Shown: piece by piece, positions 12,055 to 20,826 of the stretch
How the letters are laid out: each line of letters starts with the position of its first letter
Position numbering within the stretch: position 1 is the first letter of the stretch
From: Oscillospiraceae bacterium
GTDB taxonomy: Bacteria > Bacillota > Clostridia > Oscillospirales > Ruminococcaceae
DNA: 64,000 bases
Assembly: GCA_045627405.1 (NCBI GenBank)
Contig: JAZQNP010000092.1
Location: 23,591-87,590 of the forward strand
Reading direction: 5' to 3'
The notes under the pieces: model-generated
Seen by the model: the letters and a program-made list of their open reading frames with translations, nothing else
Database searches by the model: none
Told to the model about the DNA's origin: nothing
Position numbers and translations under genes: made by a program

Positions 12055-13755
12055 ATGAAAAGAAAACACCGATTTCTTGCCATGTTGTCCGCTTTGGCTC
12101 TGCTGATGCCGCATATTTCTGCTATACCGGTGCAATTTGCAAGTGCTGCGGATGATACACAGGATGACTGGCTGCATGTCGAAGGTGACAAAATCTGTGA
12201 TATGAACGGCAATGAGGTCTGGCTGACCGGCGTCAACTGGTTCGGCTACAATGTCGGCTCGCAGGTGTTTGACGGCGTATGGTCAGTTAATATGCACGAC
12301 TGTCTGCGGTTGATTGCGGATCACGGCTTCAATCTGCTGCGCGTGCCGATGTCCACAGAGATTATGCTGCAATGGAAAAACAATGAGCCGGACAGCATGA
12401 TCAAGGTCAATACCTACTCCAATCCTGAGTTGACGCTCGAAGGGATTGAGGGCGGAACGGTCATGTACAGCTTTGACATCTGGAATCTGGCGGTGCAGTG
12501 GTGCAAAGAGCTTGGCATCAAGATCATGATTGATGTCCACAGCGCATCCACCAATGCAGCAGGTCACCAGTGGGCATTGTGGTACGATGACAAATTCAGC
12601 ACGGAAGACTGGATTGAAGGTCTGACGTGGATGACAGAGTACTATAAAAATGATGACACGATCATTGCGTTTGATCTTGAAAATGAACCGCACGGCAAAA
12701 AGGATGAGGGCAATTTTGCAAAATGGGATGACTCAACAGATCTGAACAACTGGAAATATGCCGCTGAGCGTTGTGCTGCTGAGATTCTTGCCATCAATCC
12801 GCATGTGTTGATCATGGTTGAGGGCATTGAGAGTTATCCGAAGTTTGACGAGGGCGCAGACTGGAATTCCGTATCGAGTGATTACACAAGACCTCCGTAT
12901 CCGTACAGCAATTACTACGGAGCGTGGTGGGGTGCAAACTTCCGCGGTGTACGGGATTATCCGATTGATCTTGGTGCTTTTCAGAGCCAGCTTGTATATT
13001 CCCCGCATGACTACGGTCCGGAGGTTTATAAGCAGGAGTGGTTTTATCTGAATGATGACAGCAAGACCTTCTCGCGTCAGACATTGCTGGATGATTACTG
13101 GTATGACACATGGGCATTTATTGCCGAAGAGCATATTGCGCCGCTGCTCATGGGCGAATGGGGCGGCTGGGTCGATGAGGAACACGATCTGACCGGTGAA
13201 AATGTCCACTGGCTGCAAGAAATCCGTGATTATATGATCGACAAGCACATTCATCATACATTCTGGTGCTTCAATGAAAATTCTTCTGATACCGGCGGAT
13301 TGGTTTACGACAATTTCGGCACTTGGGATGACGTGAAATATGACTTCATCAAATCGGCACTCTGGCAGGATCAGAACGGTGTGTTCATCAGTTTGGATCA
13401 TCAGTATCCGATCGGTGCAAACGGACAGTCGCTCAGCGATTATTACGGCGGCAGCGTTTCGACCGGCAGCGGATCGACTGCTACCACGACATCCACAACA
13501 ACGACGACTACTGTGACAGACGACACCTTTGTGATGTACGGTGATCTCGATGAAAACGGTATTATCAATACAGCTGATGCAATTCTTCTCTGCCGCGCGA
13601 TCGCAGGGGTAGATGGCTTGCATTTAACTGTACAGGGGCGTATCAACGGAGATTGTGACGGGATCACAGGTTTAGACCAACGCGATCTCGTGTTGCTGCT
13701 TGGATTTATTGCCGGCAAGTACACATTTGATCAGCTTGGAAGACCGCAGACATAA
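12055..13755 (+). CDS. GH5 endoglucanase (cellulase) with Thr-rich linker and C-terminal dockerin
   Basis: GH5 hallmarks FDLENEPHG (acid/base Glu) and MGEWGG (nucleophile Glu). Signal peptide, TTTSTTTTTT linker, and dockerin GDLDENGIINTADAILLCRAIAG...INGDCDGITGLDQRDLVLLLGFIAG. Confidence 0.85.
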   Translation: MKRKHRFLAMLSALALLMPHISAIPVQFASAADDTQDDWLHVEGDKICDMNGNEVWLTGVNWFGYNVGSQVFDGVWSVNMHDCLRLIADHGFNLLRVPMSTEIMLQWKNNEPDSMIKVNTYSNPELTLEGIEGGTVMYSFDIWNLAVQWCKELGIKIMIDVHSASTNAAGHQWALWYDDKFSTEDWIEGLTWMTEYYKNDDTIIAFDLENEPHGKKDEGNFAKWDDSTDLNNWKYAAERCAAEILAINPHVLIMVEGIESYPKFDEGADWNSVSSDYTRPPYPYSNYYGAWWGANFRGVRDYPIDLGAFQSQLVYSPHDYGPEVYKQEWFYLNDDSKTFSRQTLLDDYWYDTWAFIAEEHIAPLLMGEWGGWVDEEHDLTGENVHWLQEIRDYMIDKHIHHTFWCFNENSSDTGGLVYDNFGTWDDVKYDFIKSALWQDQNGVFISLDHQYPIGANGQSLSDYYGGSVSTGSGSTATTTSTTTTTTVTDDTFVMYGDLDENGIINTADAILLCRAIAGVDGLHLTVQGRINGDCDGITGLDQRDLVLLLGFIAGKYTFDQLGRPQT

Positions 13756-13761
13756 CAAAAC

Positions 13762-13792
13762 AAACAGGCGGCTATATCATGCCGCCTGTTTT
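13762..13792 (+). terminator. Rho-independent terminator after the GH5 gene
   Basis: Stem aaacaggcggc / gccgcctgttt with an 8-nt loop, then T residues. Confidence 0.75.
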
Positions 13793-13812
13793 GCAGATCG
13801 GAGGGGTGTGAT

Positions 13813-15033
13813 ATGTCAAATCTGGAACAGGTACCTGCGTCGGAGCGAATACACATTGGATTTTTCGGTGCCAGAAATGCCGGAAAATCCAGCCTTGTCA
13901 ACGCAATCACCGGTCAGGAGATTTCGATTGTTTCCTCTGTTGCAGGAACGACAACCGATGCAGTCAGCAAGAGCATGGAATTGCTGCCGCTCGGAGCGGT
14001 GCTGATCACAGATACCGCCGGATATGACGATGATGATGCTGCGCTCGGCAGACAGCGGATTGAAAAATCGCGCAGAGAGCTGTTTCGCACGGATATTGCG
14101 GTATTGGTGGCTGACGCTGCAAAACCGCTTGGTGAAACGGAACAGACGCTGATACAGTTGTTTGAACAGGAACACACGCCATATCTAATCGCGCTGAATA
14201 AAAGTGATGCGTATACGGAGCGTTTACAAACATTACCGCCGAATGCACTCTATGTCAGTGCGAAAACCGGTGAGGGCGTGCAGGAACTGAAAGAGATGCT
14301 GGGTGCGATTGCAAAGCAGGATGCGCCGGAGCGGTATATCCTGCGCGATCTTGTACAGCAGGACGATGCCGTGATCCTTGTTTGTCCGATTGATGAATCC
14401 GCACCGAAAGGCAGACTGATCCTGCCGCAGCAGCAAACACTTCGCGAGCTGCTGGATGCACATACATCCGCGCTGGTGGTGCAGCCGGAACAGCTTTCAT
14501 CGCTGCTGCCTCTTCTGACAACGCCGCCGCGTATGGTCGTGACAGACAGTCAGGCATTTTCAGCCGTTGCTGAAATTGTGCCGGAGACCGTTTCGCTGAC
14601 ATCCTTTTCGGTTTTGCTTGCGCGGTATAACGGGTATCTGAAAACAGCAGTGGAAGGTGTGCGCGCTTTACAGCTTTTGCAGGACGGCGCAAGGATTCTG
14701 ATTGCAGAGGGTTGTACACATCACCGCCAGTGCAACGACATCGGCACAGTGAAGCTGCCGCGTGCGATCAGAAAGTTGACCGGAAAAAACTTTGTACTGG
14801 AGTATTGTTCAGGCGGAACATTTCCGACTGATTTGCGCGGATATGATCTCGTCGTTCACTGCGGCGGATGTATGCGAACCGAGCGTGAGATTCATTGGCG
14901 GATGCGGACGGCTCTTTCGCAGGGCGTGCCGTTTACCAATTACGGAATTACACTTGCGGCGTGCAGCGGCATACTGGATCGTGTGCTGATGGGCGGACAG
15001 TTATTGGACGAGGGATCATCTTGCAGTCAGTAA
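13813..15033 (+). CDS. hydF: [FeFe]-hydrogenase maturation GTPase HydF
   Basis: N-terminal GTPase P-loop GARNAGKSSLVNAITGQ. C-terminal cluster-binding motif CTHH...(about 50 aa)...HCGGC (CxHx(n)HCxxC). Confidence 0.85.
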   Translation: MSNLEQVPASERIHIGFFGARNAGKSSLVNAITGQEISIVSSVAGTTTDAVSKSMELLPLGAVLITDTAGYDDDDAALGRQRIEKSRRELFRTDIAVLVADAAKPLGETEQTLIQLFEQEHTPYLIALNKSDAYTERLQTLPPNALYVSAKTGEGVQELKEMLGAIAKQDAPERYILRDLVQQDDAVILVCPIDESAPKGRLILPQQQTLRELLDAHTSALVVQPEQLSSLLPLLTTPPRMVVTDSQAFSAVAEIVPETVSLTSFSVLLARYNGYLKTAVEGVRALQLLQDGARILIAEGCTHHRQCNDIGTVKLPRAIRKLTGKNFVLEYCSGGTFPTDLRGYDLVVHCGGCMRTEREIHWRMRTALSQGVPFTNYGITLAACSGILDRVLMGGQLLDEGSSCSQ

Positions 15034-15062
15034 TGAAATCTGTTTTGTGTTTGTGAAATGCG

Positions 15063-15098
15063 ATTCCGCTGCATCCTTTTTGCAGCGGAATTATTTTT
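15063..15098 (+). terminator. Rho-independent terminator after hydF
   Basis: Stem attccgctgca / tgcagcggaat followed by tattttta. Confidence 0.8.
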
Positions 15099-15108
15099 AT
15101 GACGAGCC

Positions 15109-15137
15109 TTGACAATTTTTATGATATATGGTATAAT
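15109..15137 (+). promoter_or_regulatory. Sigma-A type promoter for the ACT-hom operon
   Basis: Consensus -35 ttgaca (15109-15114), 17-nt spacer, extended -10 tgg-tataat (15132-15137). Confidence 0.7.
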
Positions 15138-15193
15138 GATTGTGTTGTAAAAACAAGTGTGCGCCGCAGACGGATGAATGGGGGAGAAGAGAA

Positions 15194-15637
15194 ATGTCTG
15201 ATCGTGCGAAAAACTGGGTTGTTGTCGATGCGGGTGTCTTGCCGGATGTCATCACAAAAACTCTGACGGTCAAGCGGATGCTTGCAAACCGTGAGGAAAA
15301 AAGCTCATCGGCAGCGTGCCGGACGGTCGGCATTTCACGCAGTGCATTTTATAAATATCGGGATTCGGTATTTCTCTATGAGGAGCAGATGCAGGCGCGG
15401 ATTTTCACAGTTTATCTGCTGCTGACAGATGCCGCAGGTGTGCTTTCCGGTGTGCTGCACGCATTGACAGAAGCCGGCGCGAATGTGCTGACACTGAATC
15501 AGAGCATTCCGGTTGACGGCGCAGCGACGGTCACAGTCACATTCCGAACGGAGGATGCTGCCGGAATTTCAGTACTGTGTACGTCACTCAGTGAGTGTAA
15601 GGGCGTTGTAGAAGTGCGGCTGCTCTCCGGTTCTTGA
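15194..15637 (+). CDS. UPF0735-type ACT domain protein (PheB-like)
   Basis: N-terminal HTH-like block GISRSAFYKYRDSVF followed by an ACT-fold region. Start is chosen at the ATG preceded by gggggagaagag. Typical partner gene upstream of hom in Firmicutes. Confidence 0.7.
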   Translation: MSDRAKNWVVVDAGVLPDVITKTLTVKRMLANREEKSSSAACRTVGISRSAFYKYRDSVFLYEEQMQARIFTVYLLLTDAAGVLSGVLHALTEAGANVLTLNQSIPVDGAATVTVTFRTEDAAGISVLCTSLSECKGVVEVRLLSGS

Positions 15638-15676
15638 AAATTAGGAAAGGAAACTCCGTGAGCGTTACGCGGAGAA

Positions 15677-16936
15677 ATGAGGGTTATGAAGAAATTTGCA
15701 GTTTTGGGTTACGGAACGGTCGGTTCGGGTGTTGTCGAACTGTTTTATAAAAACAGAGCAAAAATTGAGCAGAAGGCGGGCGCGCCGATGGAACTTGGAT
15801 ATATCCTTGATCTGCGCGATTTTCCGGATTCGCCGTATGCCGACAAATTTACTAAGGATCTCAATGTGATTCTGAACGATCCGGAGATCTCCGTTGTTGC
15901 AGAGTGCATGGGCGGTGTGGAGCCGGCGTTTACATATCTGATGCATTGCCTTAGTCAGGGAATCAGTGTTGTGACTTCCAATAAAGAGCTTGTGGCGCAG
16001 AAAGGCGCGCTTATGCTTGCCGCCGCAAAAGAGAATTCCTGCAACTGTTTCTTTGAGGCGAGTGTCGGCGGCGCAATCCCGATCATCCGACCGCTTCACC
16101 GCTGCCTTGCTGCGAACGATATTTCGGAAATTTACGGCATTCTGAACGGCACAACAAACTTCATTCTCGACAAGATGCTCAGTGATGATATGTCATTTGA
16201 AGATGCGTTGAAGCTTGCGCAGGAGCTTGGCTATGCAGAGCGTGAGCCGAGTGCGGATGTTGACGGTCACGATGCCTGCCGCAAGATCTGTATTCTGGCA
16301 TCTCTTGCGTATGGGAAGCATGTATATCCGGAGAGTGTATACACGGAGGGCATCCGTGCAATTACACTCGAAGATGCTGCCGCGGCGGATGCATTAGACG
16401 GTGCTGTCAAGCTGATCGCATCGGTGCAGAGACTCGATGACGGCAGAATTCTTCCGGCGGTTATGCCGATGTTTGTTCCGCATGAAAATCTGATTTCGCG
16501 TGTAGACGGCGTATTCAACTGTGTTGAGGTTGTCGGTGATGCGATTGACCGTGCATATTTCTGCGGAAGAGGCGCAGGCAAGCTCCCGACGGCGAGCGCA
16601 GTGATGGGAGACGTTATTGAGGCTGTGAAGCATCATAAGACGGTGTTCTCTCAGGATTGGACAGATGTCGGGACACAGGATTTTGTTGCGGGGATAGATG
16701 CACTTTGCAGCGGCTTGATGATTCGGTTTGCTGCTGCGCATGATGCGGCAAAGATCAGCGAGTTCTTTGCGGAATATCTTGCAAAGCTCGGATATACCGA
16801 TGAGCCTGTTATGGCAGTGGACAACGCGTGCCTGATTTCCGTGAAGCTGACAGCAGCCGAACGCGATGCGATCTGTGCTGCGGCAGCAGATGCCGGCATG
16901 GCAGCAGCTCATACGATTCCGGTGATGCCGGCATAA
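15677..16936 (+). CDS. hom: Homoserine dehydrogenase
   Basis: NAD-binding GYGTVGSG, catalytic-domain blocks (NGTTNFILDKM, AQELGYAEREPSADVDGHDA), C-terminal ACT-like region. The start could instead be ATG 15686. Confidence 0.9.
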   Translation: MRVMKKFAVLGYGTVGSGVVELFYKNRAKIEQKAGAPMELGYILDLRDFPDSPYADKFTKDLNVILNDPEISVVAECMGGVEPAFTYLMHCLSQGISVVTSNKELVAQKGALMLAAAKENSCNCFFEASVGGAIPIIRPLHRCLAANDISEIYGILNGTTNFILDKMLSDDMSFEDALKLAQELGYAEREPSADVDGHDACRKICILASLAYGKHVYPESVYTEGIRAITLEDAAAADALDGAVKLIASVQRLDDGRILPAVMPMFVPHENLISRVDGVFNCVEVVGDAIDRAYFCGRGAGKLPTASAVMGDVIEAVKHHKTVFSQDWTDVGTQDFVAGIDALCSGLMIRFAAAHDAAKISEFFAEYLAKLGYTDEPVMAVDNACLISVKLTAAERDAICAAAADAGMAAAHTIPVMPA

Positions 16937-16957
16937 TTCGGGTATAAGTGAAAGAAA

Positions 16958-16989
16958 AAGGGGACTGCACGAAGTGTGCAGTCCCTTTC
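16958..16989. terminator. Bidirectional terminator between hom and the convergent CE2 esterase gene
   Basis: Stem ggggactgcac / gtgcagtccc, A-run upstream and T-run downstream. Confidence 0.8.
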
Positions 16990-16992
16990 TTG

Positions 16993-18729
16993 TTATTCAG
17001 CCCATTTATAGAGGGTCAGATTTTTGAATGTGATATTGCCGGAGGAGATGGAGCCGAGGAAGAAAGCAATTTCAACAGAATCATCTGCGCTGTTCACACG
17101 GAATGTTTTGGTGATCGTCTGGTACTCACCGGTACCCGTTACCGTGTCATTACAGTAAGATTTCTCAGTCTGATCTGTATTGCGCACTGCGTAATTGATC
17201 GCAGAACCGCTCGGCGGATTGACAGAGAACGTCAGTGTGTACTCTCCGGCGGAGAGGTTCAGACCGCGCAGATAAGCAATCATGGATTCATCATTACCGC
17301 CGCCCGCCGTGATATTGATATTATACGATCTGTCCCAGTCGCTGAAATACGGCCATGCGTTTGCTCCGGAAGCGGAATCGTACGAAAGGCTGTATGTGCC
17401 GTTTGCAGCAAAGTCCAGTCCGATACCGCTGTATTCCATACCGAGTGCATCACAGAGATGACTTGCCAGCAGATAGGAGTTCAGCTCATGTGTTTTTGCC
17501 GACGGATGCCAGTCGGCACCGATGCCGTTGTTTGTAAAGTCGTGCGTCGGAGACTGATAGCAGCTGACCTTTGCGTCTCCGAATTCTGCAACGGCTGCTT
17601 CGAGATACGGATATAGTTCCTCACATCCCATAATACCCAGCGTGCAGACGATAACAGCATTCGGATTGTTCTTACGAATTGTTCCGAGGAACTTAACGTA
17701 TTTTTCCTGATATTCCAAACCACGCGTATCCAGATCCTTGGTTGCATAGGAATCGTCATTTGTACCGAGGTTGATTACGATTGCATCGACAGGGTTTTGC
17801 GCAAAATCCCACGGAACAGTATAATCGGAAAGTGAACCTGTATTTTCATAGATCGGCGGAACGAGGGAAGCCGTGTTGATTGTTCCGTCGTTGGAGTAGC
17901 CCGAGACAATTCCGTATCCGCTGTAACAAACCGCGCTGTAATCAGCGTTCAGAAGCTGCGCTGTCAGATAGGCATAGGAGAGAGAGAAATTCTCAGTTCC
18001 GGTCGAAAAACTGACATATTGTGAATCTGCTTCGACGCCGTAGGCACAGGTGATGGAATCGCCGATGAATTCAATGGAGAGAGCTTTTTTCGCAGTCGCT
18101 TTGACCGGAGAAGCAGCAGAAGAAGTCACGTCAAATTGCTTGACGCCGATTGCACCGTTATTTGCCTCAGAAAGATGCATGACTTTTACAGTAGCCGTCC
18201 GTTGTGTGCTGCCGGAGAACAGTTCAACCACTTGCTCCGGTTCGCTCATGACCACATCAGCAACAAGTTCTCCGTCTACATAGACGCCGTAACGCGGACG
18301 GTATTTTTCATCTGAATAGACACATCCGTCACCCTCAATGGTAACACTTGCTTTGGTGCCAGTCACAGTGCATTCAACCGCCGAGCCGCTTTGAACAAGC
18401 CATGATACACCGTCATTGGAAAGTGTGCGTCCGATTTTCTTGACATTGGTATCGGTCAGCGAAACAGTCTGCGTTTTCAATTCTCCGGTACCGGAGTTTC
18501 CCGCTGCGATAAGATCCCGTTTCAGCAGTGTGAGATCAATCGCATTCACTTTGCCATCCGCATTGTAATCATCTGCTTTTGTAACGGTGTCAGAAGCTGT
18601 CAGCGAGCGGATCAGATGAGTCACTCTTGTGTCGATGACAGGTTCCGCTCCGATTCCGGATGCAGGAATCATAGAGCAGGTGAGTACCGCTGCTGCACAT
18701 GCAACTGCCAAGTATTTTACAGATTTCAT
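16993..18729 (-). CDS. Secreted SGNH/GDSL carbohydrate esterase (CE2-like) with an N-terminal dockerin-like segment and a C-terminal CBM-like beta-sandwich
   Basis: Signal peptide. One dockerin/EF-hand-like segment, DYNADGKVNAIDLTLLKRDLI. A beta-sandwich followed by the GDS block (EFIGDSITCAYG), an INLGTNDD block and a DWHPS block, which is the CE2 layout. The C-terminal ~140 aa look like a carbohydrate-binding beta-sandwich. Confidence 0.75.
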   Translation of the reverse strand: MKSVKYLAVACAAAVLTCSMIPASGIGAEPVIDTRVTHLIRSLTASDTVTKADDYNADGKVNAIDLTLLKRDLIAAGNSGTGELKTQTVSLTDTNVKKIGRTLSNDGVSWLVQSGSAVECTVTGTKASVTIEGDGCVYSDEKYRPRYGVYVDGELVADVVMSEPEQVVELFSGSTQRTATVKVMHLSEANNGAIGVKQFDVTSSAASPVKATAKKALSIEFIGDSITCAYGVEADSQYVSFSTGTENFSLSYAYLTAQLLNADYSAVCYSGYGIVSGYSNDGTINTASLVPPIYENTGSLSDYTVPWDFAQNPVDAIVINLGTNDDSYATKDLDTRGLEYQEKYVKFLGTIRKNNPNAVIVCTLGIMGCEELYPYLEAAVAEFGDAKVSCYQSPTHDFTNNGIGADWHPSAKTHELNSYLLASHLCDALGMEYSGIGLDFAANGTYSLSYDSASGANAWPYFSDWDRSYNINITAGGGNDESMIAYLRGLNLSAGEYTLTFSVNPPSGSAINYAVRNTDQTEKSYCNDTVTGTGEYQTITKTFRVNSADDSVEIAFFLGSISSGNITFKNLTLYKWAE

Positions 18730-18847
18730 AGCATATTCCCCTCTTTCTGATATAAAATACCATCCTTATTATAAAATACTTCTTCTAATTTGTCAATCAT
18801 GTTTTTTCAATATCGCATTCGTACTGACTAATGCATATATAATCAAA

Positions 18848-18878
18848 GCACCCCGTACAGTTATCCTGTACGGGGCGT
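18848..18878 (-). terminator. Terminator after the SpoIID-like gene
   Basis: Stem ccccgtacag / ctgtacgggg immediately after the stop codon, with T-rich flanks. Confidence 0.7.
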
Positions 18879-18881
18879 TTT

Positions 18882-20345
18882 CTATTCATTTTGGGAAGTC
18901 GTATTGACCGACAGATCGGTCTGCGATCCCGAAGCAGCACTGCTTTGTGCCGTTGACGAGGAGCTGATGTCAGAACTCGTCGTCGTATCGGATGTCGAAC
19001 TCACGGAAGAAGCCGTGGTAGATGTCGTATCTTTGGTCGTTGCCGAGGTATACTTTGTCTCAATCACCGCATGGGTTGCACTCGGATCGGAGTAATCAGC
19101 ACTTTCGGTCATCGCAATATTGGCGGATGCCGCCTCTGTGCCTTCCTGGTAAACGAATTCAAATTTTGGTGATTTCAAACCAAGAACAGCACGCAGATCA
19201 TTTCCTTTGACACGCACAGTACCGCCGATCACGGCATAGGCGACATAGCCGCCTTCTCCGTATTCGAGTTTGATCCATTCATACGGTGTGCCTGACAATG
19301 TAACACCGTAGGTATTTTGGAGCTTGGCTTTCAGTGTGCTTGCAGAATAGACCTTATAGGAGTTATAATGCGGATCCGAAGTTTCATCGTGCTTCACAGG
19401 GATGCTGACAAGGTAGGGAATATCAGCGAAGAAGACATCCTTACAGGATGCCGTAGCACCGCCGCTGGAAGCGTAGAACATCGTCAATGCCGGCTGATTG
19501 TTGTAATACACAGCAATGCCGAGCACGGATCTGACTGCATCAATGATTTTTTGCGAGGGATTGGACTTGCAGGCGAGACCGGACGGTCCGCCGTTGTAGA
19601 TATAGAACGTATAGGCGGCAACCGCCTGTGCTTTCAAAGCTTCGGTAGAGAAGCTGGAACCCATCTCGTTATTGACGATCTGGGCAATGATATTGACGAC
19701 TGTATCGGTTTTGCCGTTTACAGTCAGCCGTTCGGTTTCCGGAGTACCCGTTTGAACGAGTTTGGTACCGGGATAATAAAATGCTAAGATTTGATCATAC
19801 GTCCAACCGTCATACATAGCATAGAAATTCGCGCCGTTCTGGCTCATGCCAACGCCGTGTCCGAATCCGGACGAATAGAACACAACGCTGTCGGGATCAG
19901 CGACGATCGTGGTAGAAGCTGTAATCGTCGGTTCCGCGATTGTAGTAATCGTGGTTGTAACGGTCTCATCGAGGATGGTATCTGTTATCGCTGCAGTTGT
20001 CGTCGTAAGCGGGTCGTCCGGCTCCGTGTTTGCTGCCTCGTAGCTCGTCAGGGAAAGACTGTCCTCATATTCATAGAGATTTGCTTTCCAATCGGAGTCA
20101 ACAGTATAATACGCATCTGCATCTGCGGAAAGCTCCGTCAGACTGTCCTCCGGCATGACCGGTCCTGTGATGGCTTGTACGTCCACCGCATTCGCGTGAA
20201 ATCCCGAAGAGGCGGCATATGCAGTATCGGCAGCTCCTGAGCGCTGCGCAGCGGCACTGTCGCCCTGTACGCCACATGTACTGGTGAAGCACAGAGCAGT
20301 AGAAACCAGAATCGCTACGCGGCTTCGTCGCATTCGAGCTTGCAT
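18882..20345 (-). CDS. SpoIID/LytB domain protein with Thr/Ser-rich linkers
   Basis: SpoIID signature GFGHGVGMSQNGANFYA. N-terminal signal or anchor. T-rich linker and an S/T-rich C-terminal tail. Confidence 0.8.
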   Translation of the reverse strand: MQARMRRSRVAILVSTALCFTSTCGVQGDSAAAQRSGAADTAYAASSGFHANAVDVQAITGPVMPEDSLTELSADADAYYTVDSDWKANLYEYEDSLSLTSYEAANTEPDDPLTTTTAAITDTILDETVTTTITTIAEPTITASTTIVADPDSVVFYSSGFGHGVGMSQNGANFYAMYDGWTYDQILAFYYPGTKLVQTGTPETERLTVNGKTDTVVNIIAQIVNNEMGSSFSTEALKAQAVAAYTFYIYNGGPSGLACKSNPSQKIIDAVRSVLGIAVYYNNQPALTMFYASSGGATASCKDVFFADIPYLVSIPVKHDETSDPHYNSYKVYSASTLKAKLQNTYGVTLSGTPYEWIKLEYGEGGYVAYAVIGGTVRVKGNDLRAVLGLKSPKFEFVYQEGTEAASANIAMTESADYSDPSATHAVIETKYTSATTKDTTSTTASSVSSTSDTTTSSDISSSSTAQSSAASGSQTDLSVNTTSQNE

Positions 20346-20826
20346 AGTTTCTCTCCAATATTCAATCTCACCGGCTGAAACCGGCTTTATTTCCCCAAGA
20401 TTGTTGTGGGGATTTTGTCTAATCGTTTGTGTCGTCCTTTCGCGGCAGGCATGGAGCAGCCGCGCGCACCATAGGAAAAGCGCATCTCACATCCTTTGAA
20501 TTATGAAATTGATGGTAATAACCGGTAGAAAACTGTTTATGAAAAACAGAAAATCCAAAACAGATGCGGCGCGCTCAGAGAAGAGGTGCAGTTTCTCGTT
20601 CTATTGCAAACAGAATTCATTCTGCGAATCTATCTCTTTTGCTGCGGGAAATCATATCACAAAAAATGTGTTGTGCGCCGCAAGGAGTCCTGCGTTGCGT
20701 GCGGCAGTGCGCCGCAATCGCGTGTGATATGAAGCAGCATATTCCGCATGCAGTCGATTGGATGGGAGATAAAACCGTCCGTTTCATCATCGAATCCGCA
20801 GGAGGGCATACGAATCATGACCCTGA

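Noticed and set aside
20346-20500. Possible c-di-AMP (ydaO-type) or other riboswitch in the leader of the SpoIID-like gene.
   Set aside because: I could not find the conserved ydaO blocks (the GGGGACCCA-type or CCGAA...AGCUAACC-type segments as I recall them) or any other consensus I know. Only generic hairpins are present. An Infernal scan is needed before any call.
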